Source: Escherichia coli (lineage in GTDB: Bacteria; Pseudomonadota; Gammaproteobacteria; Enterobacterales; Enterobacteriaceae). Taken from it: a stretch of 64,000 nucleotides of DNA. Made by a program: the position numbers and the translations under genes. A model generated the notes under the pieces. The model searched no databases. It worked only from the letters and a program-made list of their open reading frames with translations, and had not been told where the DNA came from. Shown piece after piece: positions 42,613 to 53,896 of the stretch. Each line of letters opens with the position of its first letter. Position 1 is the first letter of the stretch. Where the stretch lies: assembly GCF_041248615.1 (NCBI RefSeq), contig NZ_CP158425.1; one strand, written 5' to 3'.

Positions 42613-43224
42613 ATGGTAAGCACAACTGGAAAAAATATGTTTTCAAAGCCTATGACCACTTTCACACCAGAACGTATTGAACAAATTTTGGAATTTTCCG
42701 AGGGTAGTAACCCAAGCGAAGCAATGAGTCTTAGAGCTGACGAAGTTGCTGTACTGGCACGTATTGGAAAGGCAGTTATGTCGATTGCGCCTGTTTATCA
42801 GTGCGAGTTTTGCCACCATGACGCAACCGGGCAACTTCAGTGGCACTGGGAAGATGTGAACAAAGCTTTTTATGATAAATACGATCCAGACAGACGCGGA
42901 AGACGTCGAATCCTCTATACCGCCCCGCCGATGCCTTTAGTTTCGGCTGACCTGCTTAACATGGCTTCATCTGCTATTGAAGACTTGCTCACTAACAAAG
43001 ACAGAAGTGGTGCGGGAATGTGGAATGACATTCCAGAACAGCTACGACGCGCAGCAGAACTGGTAATGGATAATAGCCGGGCCGCTGAAATAGAAGCGAT
43101 GCTGATGCGTCTTTATGTAGAATGTGACACCGGTGAGCGCAGAGGCAACGGCAGTCAATCTGGCGTAGCAATGCCTTCGTGGCAAACCGTTGAAGAGGCA
43201 CGTGTGTTGCTGGGGGTGAAATGA
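42613..43224 (+). CDS. hypothetical protein
   Basis: 203-aa ORF. Confidence 0.4.
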   Translation: MVSTTGKNMFSKPMTTFTPERIEQILEFSEGSNPSEAMSLRADEVAVLARIGKAVMSIAPVYQCEFCHHDATGQLQWHWEDVNKAFYDKYDPDRRGRRRILYTAPPMPLVSADLLNMASSAIEDLLTNKDRSGAGMWNDIPEQLRRAAELVMDNSRAAEIEAMLMRLYVECDTGERRGNGSQSGVAMPSWQTVEEARVLLGVK

Positions 43225-43688
43225 TGCAGTTCTCGCCAGGGCAGTTTGTAATTCACAACAAGAAGCGCCTTGCGGAACGAAGGTAGACGTACTGACTGAG
43301 GTTCACTCCCCTCTCGACTGGTGGCGTAATACCGCCAGGTTTTGATTCATATATGCCGTCCGTTAACGCATTTATATCTGTCATACCTAATTTATCCTGA
43401 TTCTTTTTTACACAAAGTAAAAGCATCACTTAATGCGATATGTGGATGCCGATAGTTTCAGGCTAATGTTATAAGTTTTGCAATCGTTGCCAGTTTGGAT
43501 ACCACAGCAATGTCAGATGTAATTCCAAAAAGAAAGATTTACGTCCTGAACGCACAATAAGGTTTGTCGAAAGGCAAATTATAGATTTGTAATTTCGAGC
43601 ACCATATGGAGAAGTTTTTTATACTTTTACGAACATAGTGACCTTTAGGAAAAGCTTAAAATAACACCAAACCTAAAGGGGAATAAGA

Positions 43689-46109
43689 ATGAAACATCTC
43701 GCTTTTATTACTGCTGTAGCCGGACTCGGTATGTCTGTTCAGGCCCCAGCTCAGATATATGAATCGGCCTTTAAGGACACGAACGGTATTGAGATCCACG
43801 CCCCGTCTTCTCGTCTTATGCTTAATCCGGCATCACCGGTAACTTTGACACTTATTTCAGGTCTTGATCGTTTCGTTAATGTCAAAGTCACGAAAGACAC
43901 TGGAACTGTCATTCTTAATACTACGACTACACGGACGGGTGTATCAGACCGACTAACAGCTGCTGACGGTAGTGAGTTCTACGGCAAAAAAGTAACTTTG
44001 CCTGCTTTGGGTGAAGGCAAATTTGTCGTTCAGATAAACGTGTTAGATCTCAATCAGAAGCCTGTAGCGACCTATAACTATAACTGGCTAATTGATGTCA
44101 CCCCTCCAGCGGCAAATGCTCTTACCGCTAATACTGGTTCTGGCTCTACCGCTGGTGACGTGTGGAAGCTTGGATTAGAGGCAACGGGGCAGTATGACTT
44201 CACCTCTTCGGGCGTAAGTGATGCAAATGGTATTGATAAGGGCCTAATATATATTTACAGGCAGGACGGTAGCCTCTACAGCACTACACAGATGCAGTAT
44301 GACGTATCCGGCCAAAAGATGTACCACACTTACTCTAAGAATTCAGTTAAGGGAACCGGAATACCAGACAGCAACCTGGATGAAGACTTTACTGCAAAAG
44401 TTGTTATCTTCGATAACGCAGGTAATAGCCGAACGCTGCCAACTCAAAAATTTCGCTACGACAACACGCTGGGTGAGATGACACTGTGGGCCGTTCATGA
44501 TCCAAATACGTCTTCCAGCGTCGTACCCGGGGTTTCTAATTATCCGGCTTACAAAGCCGGTATGGTCGTTAACGAAAACCCTATTCGATTAGTCTACCGG
44601 ATCCCAAAATCTAACTACCGTGCTTATTCAGAAGGTGGGCTTCAGTTCATCAATCAATATTCCGCCCCCAAAGAGATAGCTGTAGACAGCACTTATGCTT
44701 ATGTTGAAATGACTCTTCCCTATGGCTCAATTAATGGGGATATGGCTCGTATGGCGAACTTTGGCCAGTGGGGAGGGTATTATCCGTCATACAGCCTCGT
44801 TCTAAACCCATCTGCAAACCAAACGCCTGCATTTGCGGGTACCTGGGTAGATTTCCTCGATGATAAGGGGAACTGGGTTAAGTGGAAGGATTTTGAGAGT
44901 GTGGCTTCATCACGACTGCCAATTAAAATTTCCCGACTTCGTTTTAACGTTGAAGCCCGGCCCTTTGCACAGGAGATCGGCGGTAAGGCGACCTGCACCA
45001 TTCCGGCAGGAAAAACCTCGTGTGAAGCGCCTGAGACGTTTGATATGGCCTTGGGTACCCAGGGCTACAATAGAATCCTTTACTTCGTTCGCAGCATCAG
45101 CAATCCCATTTTGCGGTCTGAGCAATGGATTATGACACGCTGGAACAATAAACAACTGCCGGTAATAAACTCGATATCATATGACGAGACTAACAAGCAG
45201 CTGGATGTACTGGCGTCACTTGAAGGCGATGGTAACTGGTTCGACTCGGTCTCATTGAGGGAATTTTATCTTTCCGATAAGAACACCGGTACCCGGATGT
45301 CACCAACAGGCGTAATCAAATCTCGTATCTCAGGTAACTACACGATTGCTTATGATTTATCCCGTCAGTCTGAAGGAAAATACAACGTTGAGGTCAACAT
45401 CAGGGACTTCTTCCAGAACCAGACCAATAAAACTTTCGGAGAAATTGCTCTGGATAACACTCCTCCGACAGTGGCCATAACATTCGACGGAAAGCCGGTA
45501 AAAGACGATACGGTAGTGTACGGCCTGGAGAACCTCAGGATCGCTCTGGCAGATAATCTGACAACCCCGAGGATAACCCGTCTTCAGCTCGTAGGTGGCC
45601 CCACAGCTGATAACGTTGAGCTTACGTGGTCACCGGCAGGCAAAGATACATACATGCCTGAGTATCCGAGGCTGTTCCCAAATTTCGAACCATCTGAAAA
45701 TTATTCAATTAGCGTAACAGTTGCCGATAGTCAGTCGAATACCAAAACCTATACTCAGAAGTTCAGTTATCTACCGAATAACCTTGTGCAGTTACATAAT
45801 CTACGCACATTGTCGGTCAGTTCACCTCTCAAAACGACAGATGGCGTACCACTTGCGTACCTGTCCACTAACGTTCTGCGTAAGACAAATGGAGAAATTG
45901 CTAAAGGGGTCCAGAACGCAACGCTGACTGTGCGGAAGGATGCAGCCTTCGGTATTAAATTTAATGGGGCACAGGCGGCTCCAGGCGAGTCAGTTGAGGT
46001 GCAAATAGATATGGGCCAGGGGGATAATCTTCTGTTACCCGTTTATCCTTCCGAAAATGGGAAAGTTGGCACCTCAGAATTCATGATTCAGATCGACGAG
46101 TTGAAGTAA
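43689..46109 (+). CDS. large secreted protein, paralog B of the about 800-aa family
   Basis: Signal peptide ending AQA; same conserved blocks as paralogs A and C. Confidence 0.6.
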   Translation: MKHLAFITAVAGLGMSVQAPAQIYESAFKDTNGIEIHAPSSRLMLNPASPVTLTLISGLDRFVNVKVTKDTGTVILNTTTTRTGVSDRLTAADGSEFYGKKVTLPALGEGKFVVQINVLDLNQKPVATYNYNWLIDVTPPAANALTANTGSGSTAGDVWKLGLEATGQYDFTSSGVSDANGIDKGLIYIYRQDGSLYSTTQMQYDVSGQKMYHTYSKNSVKGTGIPDSNLDEDFTAKVVIFDNAGNSRTLPTQKFRYDNTLGEMTLWAVHDPNTSSSVVPGVSNYPAYKAGMVVNENPIRLVYRIPKSNYRAYSEGGLQFINQYSAPKEIAVDSTYAYVEMTLPYGSINGDMARMANFGQWGGYYPSYSLVLNPSANQTPAFAGTWVDFLDDKGNWVKWKDFESVASSRLPIKISRLRFNVEARPFAQEIGGKATCTIPAGKTSCEAPETFDMALGTQGYNRILYFVRSISNPILRSEQWIMTRWNNKQLPVINSISYDETNKQLDVLASLEGDGNWFDSVSLREFYLSDKNTGTRMSPTGVIKSRISGNYTIAYDLSRQSEGKYNVEVNIRDFFQNQTNKTFGEIALDNTPPTVAITFDGKPVKDDTVVYGLENLRIALADNLTTPRITRLQLVGGPTADNVELTWSPAGKDTYMPEYPRLFPNFEPSENYSISVTVADSQSNTKTYTQKFSYLPNNLVQLHNLRTLSVSSPLKTTDGVPLAYLSTNVLRKTNGEIAKGVQNATLTVRKDAAFGIKFNGAQAAPGESVEVQIDMGQGDNLLLPVYPSENGKVGTSEFMIQIDELK

Positions 46110-46269
46110 CTACCCGGAGCCGACAGTAAAACTGACGGCTTCAATTTTACTGCCCTCCTCGACTCCGATCAGCCAGTACGTCTTCAGAGATTCGCAAGGA
46201 AGAACCGAAAGAAAAGTTACTTTAATCGTACGTTTCCAGCGATGCTTTCAAAAGACAATGCATACTCGT

Positions 46270-48115
46270 TGATTACGACAATGGGAGTGAGTGTCGAACC
46301 CCTTGAGTAAGGATACTTGGTAAATATACAGCCCCGGGGATTCTCTTCCTTCAACCGGGGATGACAACGGGAGTGAGTCCGGCAACTCACACCTGTTGTC
46401 ACTTCTCTGACATATCGTCATACGAGCTTACTCAAGCGCATCCACAAAGATGGGATCGTTTTGAATCTAAACTGGTACTGGTTAGCCAGTCACTTGCATC
46501 TACTCCCCCGTCGATATTTAAGTGACAATTGTAGTGATCTGCAATACTGGTGTCTCAGAAACACTGACGACGGTAGAGACTCAATACCCTAACCCCTGAC
46601 AACAGAAGTGAGCTTAGAGGTGTTACGCTGCTGTCACCTAATGCTTGGGAATTGCCTGACTCACAACCATTGTCATCCGGAGCTACTGATTAACGTTGAA
46701 CCGCTGGACTTTAATGACAGTGGTAGTGATGGATAGGCTCATTTCCATTGTCGTCATTTTATCGGACAAGCCTCTTCGTCCTACAGGTTTAAGCTGACAA
46801 TGGTAGTGATTGGATGATCTCACTACTGTTGTCACTCAGTTCTTTGAGCGGACCCTTCCCTCGGTTGGTCGGCATTAACAACGGTAGTGACTCGATTGGC
46901 TCACTGCCATTGTCATCGTGTAAATGACGTACCTTATCAGCTCAGCTGAAAGCAATGACAACGGTAGTGACTCTAATTGCTCACTGCCATTGTCGTCGTG
47001 TCTATTGAGAGCCTTATCAGTGCACCTGAAAAGCAATGACAACGGTAGTGATTCTAATGGCTCACTACCGTTGTCACCGTGTGTATTGAGAGGATGGTCC
47101 ACCTAACTGGACGTATATGACAATGGTAGTGACTTTAATAGCTCACTACCATTGTCGGTGTGTGAATTGAGAGGATGAGCAGCTCAGCTGTACGTCCATG
47201 ACAATGGTAATGACTTAATGAGCTCACTACCGTTGTCACCCTGTTAATTAAGAGGCTCATCTGCTCTTCTGGAAGGCTATGACAACGGAAGTGACTTGCT
47301 GGGCTCACTGCCATTGTCGCCGTATGAATTGAGAGGATCATCCGCTCTTCTGGATGGCAATGACAACGGTAATGACTTAATAGGCTCACTACCATTGTCA
47401 CCCTGTGAATTGAGAGGATGATCTGCTTAACCAGACGGCCATGACAACGGTAGTGACTTTCTGGGCTCAATACCGTTGTCACCCTGTGAGTTAAGAGGTT
47501 GACCCGCTCTACTGGACGGCCATGACAACGGTAGTCACTTTCTGGGCTCACTACCGTTGTCACCCTGTGAGTTAAGAGGTTGACCCGCTCTACTGGACGG
47601 CCATGACAACGGTAGTCACTTTCTGGGCTCACTACCGTTGTCGCCATATAGAATGAGAGGAGCATCAGCTCAACTGAACGGCAATGACTACAGTAATGAG
47701 CTGGATGAAGCATAACCATTGACATCTGGCCCAACCGGAAGCCGTATTCGCCAATCCAATCGAGATTCACAATGGCCGTGACTCGCCGCATTAAGTTCCG
47801 GTGTCCTCCCAAAGCTGAACGCACACTCGGAGGACAATGACAATGCCAGTAAGGTACACATCATTACCATTGTCACTATAGCTACCAGAGAAGCCGGGAT
47901 TTGAATGTCGATGGTAGTGAGTGGGTCAACTCACTGCCATTGTCACCCCGTTACGATATTTTCCGTTGGATGTACTGGCCAATGAAGTAAAGCGTAGAAA
48001 CCGGGTGTTAACAGGTGACTCAGGAGAAAGCGTTGAATTTCGCAATCTCGATCTACATAGGGTGGTAGAGAACAATGACAACGGTAATGACTTTTGACTC
48101 ATTACCGTTGACGTG
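46270..48115. repeat. array of about 20 palindromic iteron pairs with about 81-bp periodicity (incA-like copy-control region)
   Basis: Units ATGACAACGGTAGTGAC-8nt-CTCACTACCGTTGTCAC recur every 80-81 bp (47118, 47198, 47279, 47360, 47441, 47522, 47603 and others). Confidence 0.7.
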
Positions 48116-48187
48116 AAAGAGCGGGCTGGGACTAACGAAAATCGAAGAAGTAATTTAGCACCCGGAGCCTAAACCGCCGGGTTAACT

Positions 48188-49276
48188 TTAGCTGGCGTTG
48201 CTGTTCTTTTTCTGGCTTCGAAGACTACGAATATAGCGCAGTTCTTCAGCGGTTAAATCATGGACGGTAAGAACATCATCGCCGTCAATCGGGTCAGCTG
48301 GTGGGCATAACTCACCTTCTAAAACAGAAGACCCTGAGTTCTCTTCTTCATCTTCAACCACTTCTAAAGGAGGCTGAGTATTGTTCAAATTCAGATCGGG
48401 ATCCCGCTTATGAATCTGGAAGTATACTTTTCCGTCTTTCTTAATTTCGGTGTACTTGAGGTATCCTATCGATGCCAACTCTTCAAGAGCCTTTCTCACG
48501 GTAGCATTCTGACTATTTGCTCGTGTTTTGAGGTTCAGACGATTTTTCAGCCGAGTAAGGGATATCGGTATAGGATTTGGCGGTAATGACTCTATGAACG
48601 TATAGAGAGCCTGGGCGCTTTCCTTCTTGGCCAACTCCTTAATTGCCTTCAGCTGCATCAAAACCTTATGATCGTATTGATAGAGCTCGAAAATCTTAGG
48701 ATCAACCTGAAGGACAACCTGATCTGATTCCGGGTCTAACAGGGCAGACTGTACCAGATGCGTTGTATAGACTTTGGACGAGTTATTACTGGTGAACGAC
48801 AAGGTAACGGATGCTAACCTGCGTAAGGAGGCGTCTATACGTTTTCTGGACGCTGTAGATGAGCGATAATTTTCAGGCGTACATAGCTTGAGGAATTCAG
48901 TGAATTTTAAGCTTATCGTGTCATTGTTAATCGGATGATTGGCATAGGTTCGAATGATGCCCATCCACGTCTTAAAATCTACTGACATATTAAGACGCTC
49001 ACCGACAATTGAAATATTGGTGAACCCCTCGCTCTCCATTAAAGAGAGCGTCTGTAACTCTTTCGTTGCGTCAAAGCCAACCGTTTTATATTCCCGATTT
49101 TGACGCCCCACACTCTTTGGTGATGGGACGAACAGCCCGAGCCGCATCAAAGCAATAGACTGCACCGTACGGTTGCTGTTAGGACGCAAAATGATGTCTT
49201 TACCTGATTCTTTCTCTCTAACAGAGAAAGCCCTGGTGACCAGGTCCTGCTGCTCAGTATCTTTCTCTTTAGTCAT
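48188..49276 (-). CDS. repA: replication initiator RepA, P1/RepFIB family
   Basis: TVQSIALMRLGLFVP, DFKTWMGII, LYQYDHKVL, ALYTFIESLP and IGYLKY match P1 RepA blocks recalled from memory; iterons on both sides. Confidence 0.85.
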   Translation of the reverse strand: MTKEKDTEQQDLVTRAFSVREKESGKDIILRPNSNRTVQSIALMRLGLFVPSPKSVGRQNREYKTVGFDATKELQTLSLMESEGFTNISIVGERLNMSVDFKTWMGIIRTYANHPINNDTISLKFTEFLKLCTPENYRSSTASRKRIDASLRRLASVTLSFTSNNSSKVYTTHLVQSALLDPESDQVVLQVDPKIFELYQYDHKVLMQLKAIKELAKKESAQALYTFIESLPPNPIPISLTRLKNRLNLKTRANSQNATVRKALEELASIGYLKYTEIKKDGKVYFQIHKRDPDLNLNNTQPPLEVVEDEEENSGSSVLEGELCPPADPIDGDDVLTVHDLTAEELRYIRSLRSQKKNSNAS

Positions 49277-49495
49277 AATTAGTTATCACTGAATGTGTAA
49301 ACAGATTGGTGAATAGTAAGCCCCAGCGAACTCTATGTCACTGGATGGATCATTGTGATGATCCATATCTGTGCATAAGTTCTACCTAAAAAAACGACTC
49401 CACTCATTAAAACTTGGCAAAAACTCTTTGCATACAATGACCTGCAACTCTTATCAACAACGGATCAGATCAAGTTAAAAAGATCTAATGAAAAG

Positions 49496-50020
49496 TCACT
49501 ACTATTGTCGCTCTGATCACTACTGATGTCAAAAAACTCATTACCAACGTTATAATAATCACTACTAATGTCAAAATAATCACTACTGTTGTCACTGATC
49601 ACGTCTCAGGCCTTGTGCCGTCTGGCCTGGAGGCAGCGGGGATCTCTTTTGATCTATCAGGAACACTAAGGTACTAATTATTGGAACTACCTTGTGGAAA
49701 ATGGGGATAAATAAATGCTTAGTTCTTATACAGGTCTCAACTTGCCTCCCTGATAAAAACTGTCGTCAAAGCTAAATCACAGCCACAGGCATTTTCGGTG
49801 GATAAATTTTTGAGAAATAGAAGCATACATGCAGACTCGTGTCGCAAGTAATTGAAAGTAATGATTTATTTAAATAATGCGAGTCACCTTACCTCACAGT
49901 GGAAGTTTAAGTCTAACCTCACTACCATTGTCACTTAAAATCATTACCAACGTCGAAATAGTCTCTACCATTGTCTTTTAAGTCACTCCCGTTGTCACTT
50001 ATGTCGCTACTGTTGTCAGT
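49496..50020. repeat. origin iterons: two sets of five direct repeats (TCACTACNNTTGTC) at 21-22-bp spacing
   Basis: Set 1 starts at 49496, 49517, 49538, 49559, 49580; set 2 at about 49918 to 50004. Confidence 0.7.
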
Positions 50021-50245
50021 GACAATGCTCCAGCCCAGTAACCATGCGGCCTACAGCGTACCGGGATCTTCTTTGTACTCTCTGGCACCTTTGGGATCAT
50101 TTATTGGATCTACATGAGGGATAAAATCTTTTGACGATTTCGTAGTGCAGTTATACCAGCGACTTAGCAAGACAAAAGCTGCAATTTAGTGACGAGTTAC
50201 TAGTCTGCCCAACAAGAGCAATGCAGAGAAGATATGTGGTGAAAT

Positions 50246-50279
50246 GACCATGGTAGTGAGTCTAATCACTACCATGGTC
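50246..50279. repeat. perfect palindrome built from two iteron half-sites
   Basis: GACCATGGTAGTGA-GTCTAA-TCACTACCATGGTC. Confidence 0.6.
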
Positions 50280-50383
50280 CGCAGTAAGCGTTACTTACGC
50301 AATGAACGTCGGACTGATTTGCAACAACATGGGCTACGGCGCATCAGAAGGCGGCCGTTGTGCTTCAGCAAAACAGCCCTGCT

Positions 50384-52840
50384 TTATTTTAATTCTTCAA
50401 TGTTAATCATGAACTCAGATCTGCCAGTAAGGCCGGATACAGCAGGGAAAATAGGAAAGCTACGGCTGTCCCCGAGCCCCAAATCCAGTTGAAGCTCTTT
50501 GCTTTCACCTGGCATCGCAGAAACGCCATTTACAGTCACGCCGAATGCAGCGTCCTTACGGACAGTAAGCACTGCGTCCTGAAGCCCTGTAGCGATTGAA
50601 CCATCCTTTTTACGCAGCTGGCTGGCATACAGAACAGCCAGAGCAGTATTGTCAGATGTTTTGAGAGAAGCATTGACAGCTAAGGTTTTCAGATTCTCTA
50701 GCCTGACGAGATTGTTTGGAAGGTAGTTAAATTCGACTGAGCTTTCTTTAACGTTGTTCATCTCATCTTTGGCCTGAACTGTGAGAGTGTATGTTTCGCC
50801 TTCATTAAGAGACGGAAAGATCTTGGGATAATTAGGTGCATACAGGTTGTTTCCCAGATTCACCCAAGACAATTCCACCGCATCAGAAACAGGGCCACCG
50901 CGAAGAGTCATACGGCTTAAGGATGGTTTAGTTAGAGCATCGGTGAGCTGTATACGGACGTTCTCCAGCCCATATACTGTTACGTTTTTGCTGATCGGTT
51001 TTCCTTCGTAGCTAATACTTACAGATGGTGCTGTATTATCAACGACAACTGTTTGATAAGGGAGGTTACCGGTATTGTTGAATGTATCTTGGGCATTAAT
51101 CACCACGTTATAACTGCCTTCTGGTACCTCTTTCATGTTGAACTCATACGTGTAGTTCCCAGACGCCATATTTCTACCTGTTTGTTTGCCGGTTACGCTT
51201 ATTTCTGCGTTGTTACGGTTTTTATCTGACAACCAAACTCGATTTACATAAACATGGTCGAAATATGAACCATCTCCAGGTTGATTCACGTAAACCTGGA
51301 GAATGTTGGTGGTTTCATTGTAATCAAATCCAGTGACGGAGGGACCCAGTGTATGCCAGGCTATATTCTCCCATATAGGGGCAAAGAAGGTTGCTTCGGT
51401 GGTTGACCTTACTTCATAGCCACTATGAAGATAACCGGTAGTGCCATTTATAATATCCTGGGGCAAAGAGACGGTACAGGTTGTTGAGCCAGCTGGAATA
51501 CTGCATGTTGCTCCGCCAGTGATTTTTTGATCATATGGCCTGGCCTGTACATTGAATCGGATATTAGTAAGTTTTATAGGCATATCAGATGCCTTGAACA
51601 GGTTCCAGTTTACGCTGTTGAACCATGTTCCATCAGCCTTTTGTCGTTCTATGGGTGAACTTCCCCAAGCCGGACTCTTTACAGAGGCAGGATCCCAGTT
51701 GAGCCAGCTGGCATACTGACCAAGATCTCCTCCAGACCATTGATATGTATTCACAGGTCTATAGTAGTTTCCATCTAAGGCACCCTGTGGCAGCTTAACT
51801 TCCACGTAGACATAGGTGGCATCTTCGGAAAGGACCTGTACTCCGCCATAGTTATTGGTAATGCTCATGCCACCATTTCGATATGGCTTCCAGTTAGTTC
51901 TTGGGATACGTATAACCAACTTGTAGGGGTTTTCCAGCACTGTAAGGCCTCGTTTAAACGGGACGTATCCCGAAGAAATGCCGGGTACAACACTGGTGCT
52001 TACACGTGAGTCATGAACTGCAAATGGCGTAAATTCTCCCATTTGATCGTCATATAAAAACCGCTGGGGAGGAATGTTAAGCGTATTTCCTGCCAGGTCC
52101 GTAACGATGAAATTGAAGGTGAATTCTTCATCAAGATCACTTGAGGGCATGCCAGCCTGGGTGTTCATATCTTTAATCCACGGATAGAACGCACGTTTAT
52201 TGGCTGTGTCATAACTCAGGTTATTGTCGGAGACCACAGAACCATTACTTCGTTTAATGACAAGACGGATCTTGTCAATTCCACTAGCATCCTCAATACC
52301 GTCTGCAAATATAGAAAACTGGCCACTACCGCCTCGGCCCAACTCCCAAAGTGGCCCAGAAAGTACCATGTCGTAACCTGCGTTTTGACTCGGATAAATA
52401 CTCTTATAGCGTGGAGGAGTTGTATCAACGATGAAATGATAAGTAGATGTGCTCACTACAGTCTGGCGAATATCCAGAGTTTCATTGACTACAGTAAAGG
52501 TCCCTTCTCCGAGCGCCGGTAGAACCATATCCTTTCCATAGTATTCTGTTCCATCGGCAGCAACGATACGATCTGCAACGCTCGTTTTGGTCGAGACGGA
52601 GGAATACATAACCTTTTTATCGCTGTCTCGTGTGACCGTCACTCGCTCGTACCGATCAAGACCCGATATCAAGTTCAGAGTCAAAACACCAGCGGGATTA
52701 AGATATGTTTGTGTTGCAGGTTTGATATTCCGAACAGCCTTATTGGTATCTGTAAATGAGTAGCTAAATACCTGAGCATGTGCCGAAGATACAGTAGCAA
52801 GGGCAGTTGCAACCATGCAGCCAATTAGAGTTTTACGCAT
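50384..52840 (-). CDS. large secreted protein, paralog C of the about 800-aa family
   Basis: Signal peptide ending AHA; C-terminal LTVRKDAAFG block. Confidence 0.6.
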   Translation of the reverse strand: MRKTLIGCMVATALATVSSAHAQVFSYSFTDTNKAVRNIKPATQTYLNPAGVLTLNLISGLDRYERVTVTRDSDKKVMYSSVSTKTSVADRIVAADGTEYYGKDMVLPALGEGTFTVVNETLDIRQTVVSTSTYHFIVDTTPPRYKSIYPSQNAGYDMVLSGPLWELGRGGSGQFSIFADGIEDASGIDKIRLVIKRSNGSVVSDNNLSYDTANKRAFYPWIKDMNTQAGMPSSDLDEEFTFNFIVTDLAGNTLNIPPQRFLYDDQMGEFTPFAVHDSRVSTSVVPGISSGYVPFKRGLTVLENPYKLVIRIPRTNWKPYRNGGMSITNNYGGVQVLSEDATYVYVEVKLPQGALDGNYYRPVNTYQWSGGDLGQYASWLNWDPASVKSPAWGSSPIERQKADGTWFNSVNWNLFKASDMPIKLTNIRFNVQARPYDQKITGGATCSIPAGSTTCTVSLPQDIINGTTGYLHSGYEVRSTTEATFFAPIWENIAWHTLGPSVTGFDYNETTNILQVYVNQPGDGSYFDHVYVNRVWLSDKNRNNAEISVTGKQTGRNMASGNYTYEFNMKEVPEGSYNVVINAQDTFNNTGNLPYQTVVVDNTAPSVSISYEGKPISKNVTVYGLENVRIQLTDALTKPSLSRMTLRGGPVSDAVELSWVNLGNNLYAPNYPKIFPSLNEGETYTLTVQAKDEMNNVKESSVEFNYLPNNLVRLENLKTLAVNASLKTSDNTALAVLYASQLRKKDGSIATGLQDAVLTVRKDAAFGVTVNGVSAMPGESKELQLDLGLGDSRSFPIFPAVSGLTGRSEFMINIEELK

Positions 52841-53060
52841 ATGATGCTCCGGGAATAGGTTATAGCCTTATTCTACGGATTCAGCCTACAAGGTCCGGTC
52901 GGATAAAGTGATAATTTGCCTGTTAAAAGAGACATCAAGTGAGAAAGCAACCAACGTACAGAATGCAAAATGGCGGCAGTGCATCTGGATGACGCAAAAG
53001 TAACTTTTTGTATCCACTTTTTTGGATTTTAGCCTTCAAAATGAGTATTCAACCAATCAT

Positions 53061-53074
53061 AAAAGTAACTTTTG
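53061..53074. promoter_or_regulatory. palindromic motif AAAAGTAACTTTTG (candidate operator), second copy at 52996-53009
   Basis: Two copies 150-230 bp upstream of the secreted-protein gene start. Confidence 0.5.
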
Positions 53075-53212
53075 ATAGACGCTGCTCCTTTATGTTTGCC
53101 AATTGTGCTGATATGTTTGTAAATTCAAGGAAGCGAGATTTTAAAAGCATCTGTTGAGTCAAATTTATGTAAAATAACAGGGAAACCATCACTTCTAGGT
53201 TGAGGAAACCCA

Positions 53213-53839
53213 ATGTTATACATGCTCTTATGCTGTTTTCTGATGCTCAACAGTACATTCGTTATGTTCAGAGCAATGTCTGCAATAAGTAAAGGATCCG
53301 CTAAAGAAAACCGGTCTGAAATATCGCTGATAGTCCTAGCAACACTTGGAATCGCATCACCATTCATTGTCGCAATGATTACTATTAATGAAAGTATGAC
53401 ATCTAAAACAGTAACAGATTTTTCTTTGGGTGCTCAGTGGTACGGAATGGTTTCAGCGGTAGCGCTAATGGGGTTATATGCTCGACGCGTTTGGAAAGAG
53501 AAGAAGTCCTTATTTACTGGCGCTTTCCTGGCCTCTTCCTTAATGGCCTTTATTTTTACTGACAGCCTTGTTTTCGTATCCCAGAAGGACACCGGCGTTC
53601 TGGCTACTTTCGTACTCGATAAAAACGCTGGAGATATTGATTGTAGTCGCCCGGCTATGATTGTCCATTACAGTAAAGGTGTTCCAACGGACTGGCGTTG
53701 CCCAACCAGTATCATGTTGATGGCGTATTCTTCATATCCTTTTTTACCCTGGCCTGAGTATAGCCATGGTACCAGCCAGTCTCTTACGGTTGTTATTGAT
53801 ACATTTATGGAAAACGCTGTTAATCTCAGCCAAAAATAA
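53213..53839 (+). CDS. integral membrane protein
   Basis: 208-aa ORF with several TM segments. Confidence 0.5.
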   Translation: MLYMLLCCFLMLNSTFVMFRAMSAISKGSAKENRSEISLIVLATLGIASPFIVAMITINESMTSKTVTDFSLGAQWYGMVSAVALMGLYARRVWKEKKSLFTGAFLASSLMAFIFTDSLVFVSQKDTGVLATFVLDKNAGDIDCSRPAMIVHYSKGVPTDWRCPTSIMLMAYSSYPFLPWPEYSHGTSQSLTVVIDTFMENAVNLSQK

Positions 53840-53846
53840 AAAATAA

Positions 53847-53868
53847 ACCTCTCTAGTGAGAGGTTTTA
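53847..53868 (+). terminator. rho-independent terminator between convergent genes
   Basis: ACCTCTC-TAGT-GAGAGGT stem followed by TTTTAT. Confidence 0.55.
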
Positions 53869-53896
53869 TAAACCTGAGCCACCAATCTAATTAACT

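Noticed and set aside
47135-47824. 229-aa ORF encoding a 27-residue tandem-repeat protein
   Set aside because: Its periodicity equals the 81-bp DNA repeat and it lies entirely within the palindromic iteron array; most likely a translation artefact.
46270-48115. Possible CRISPR array, given the regular roughly 81-bp repeats
   Set aside because: The repeats are palindromic iteron pairs identical to the RepA iteron half-site, the linkers between them are themselves semi-conserved rather than unique spacers, and no cas genes are present.
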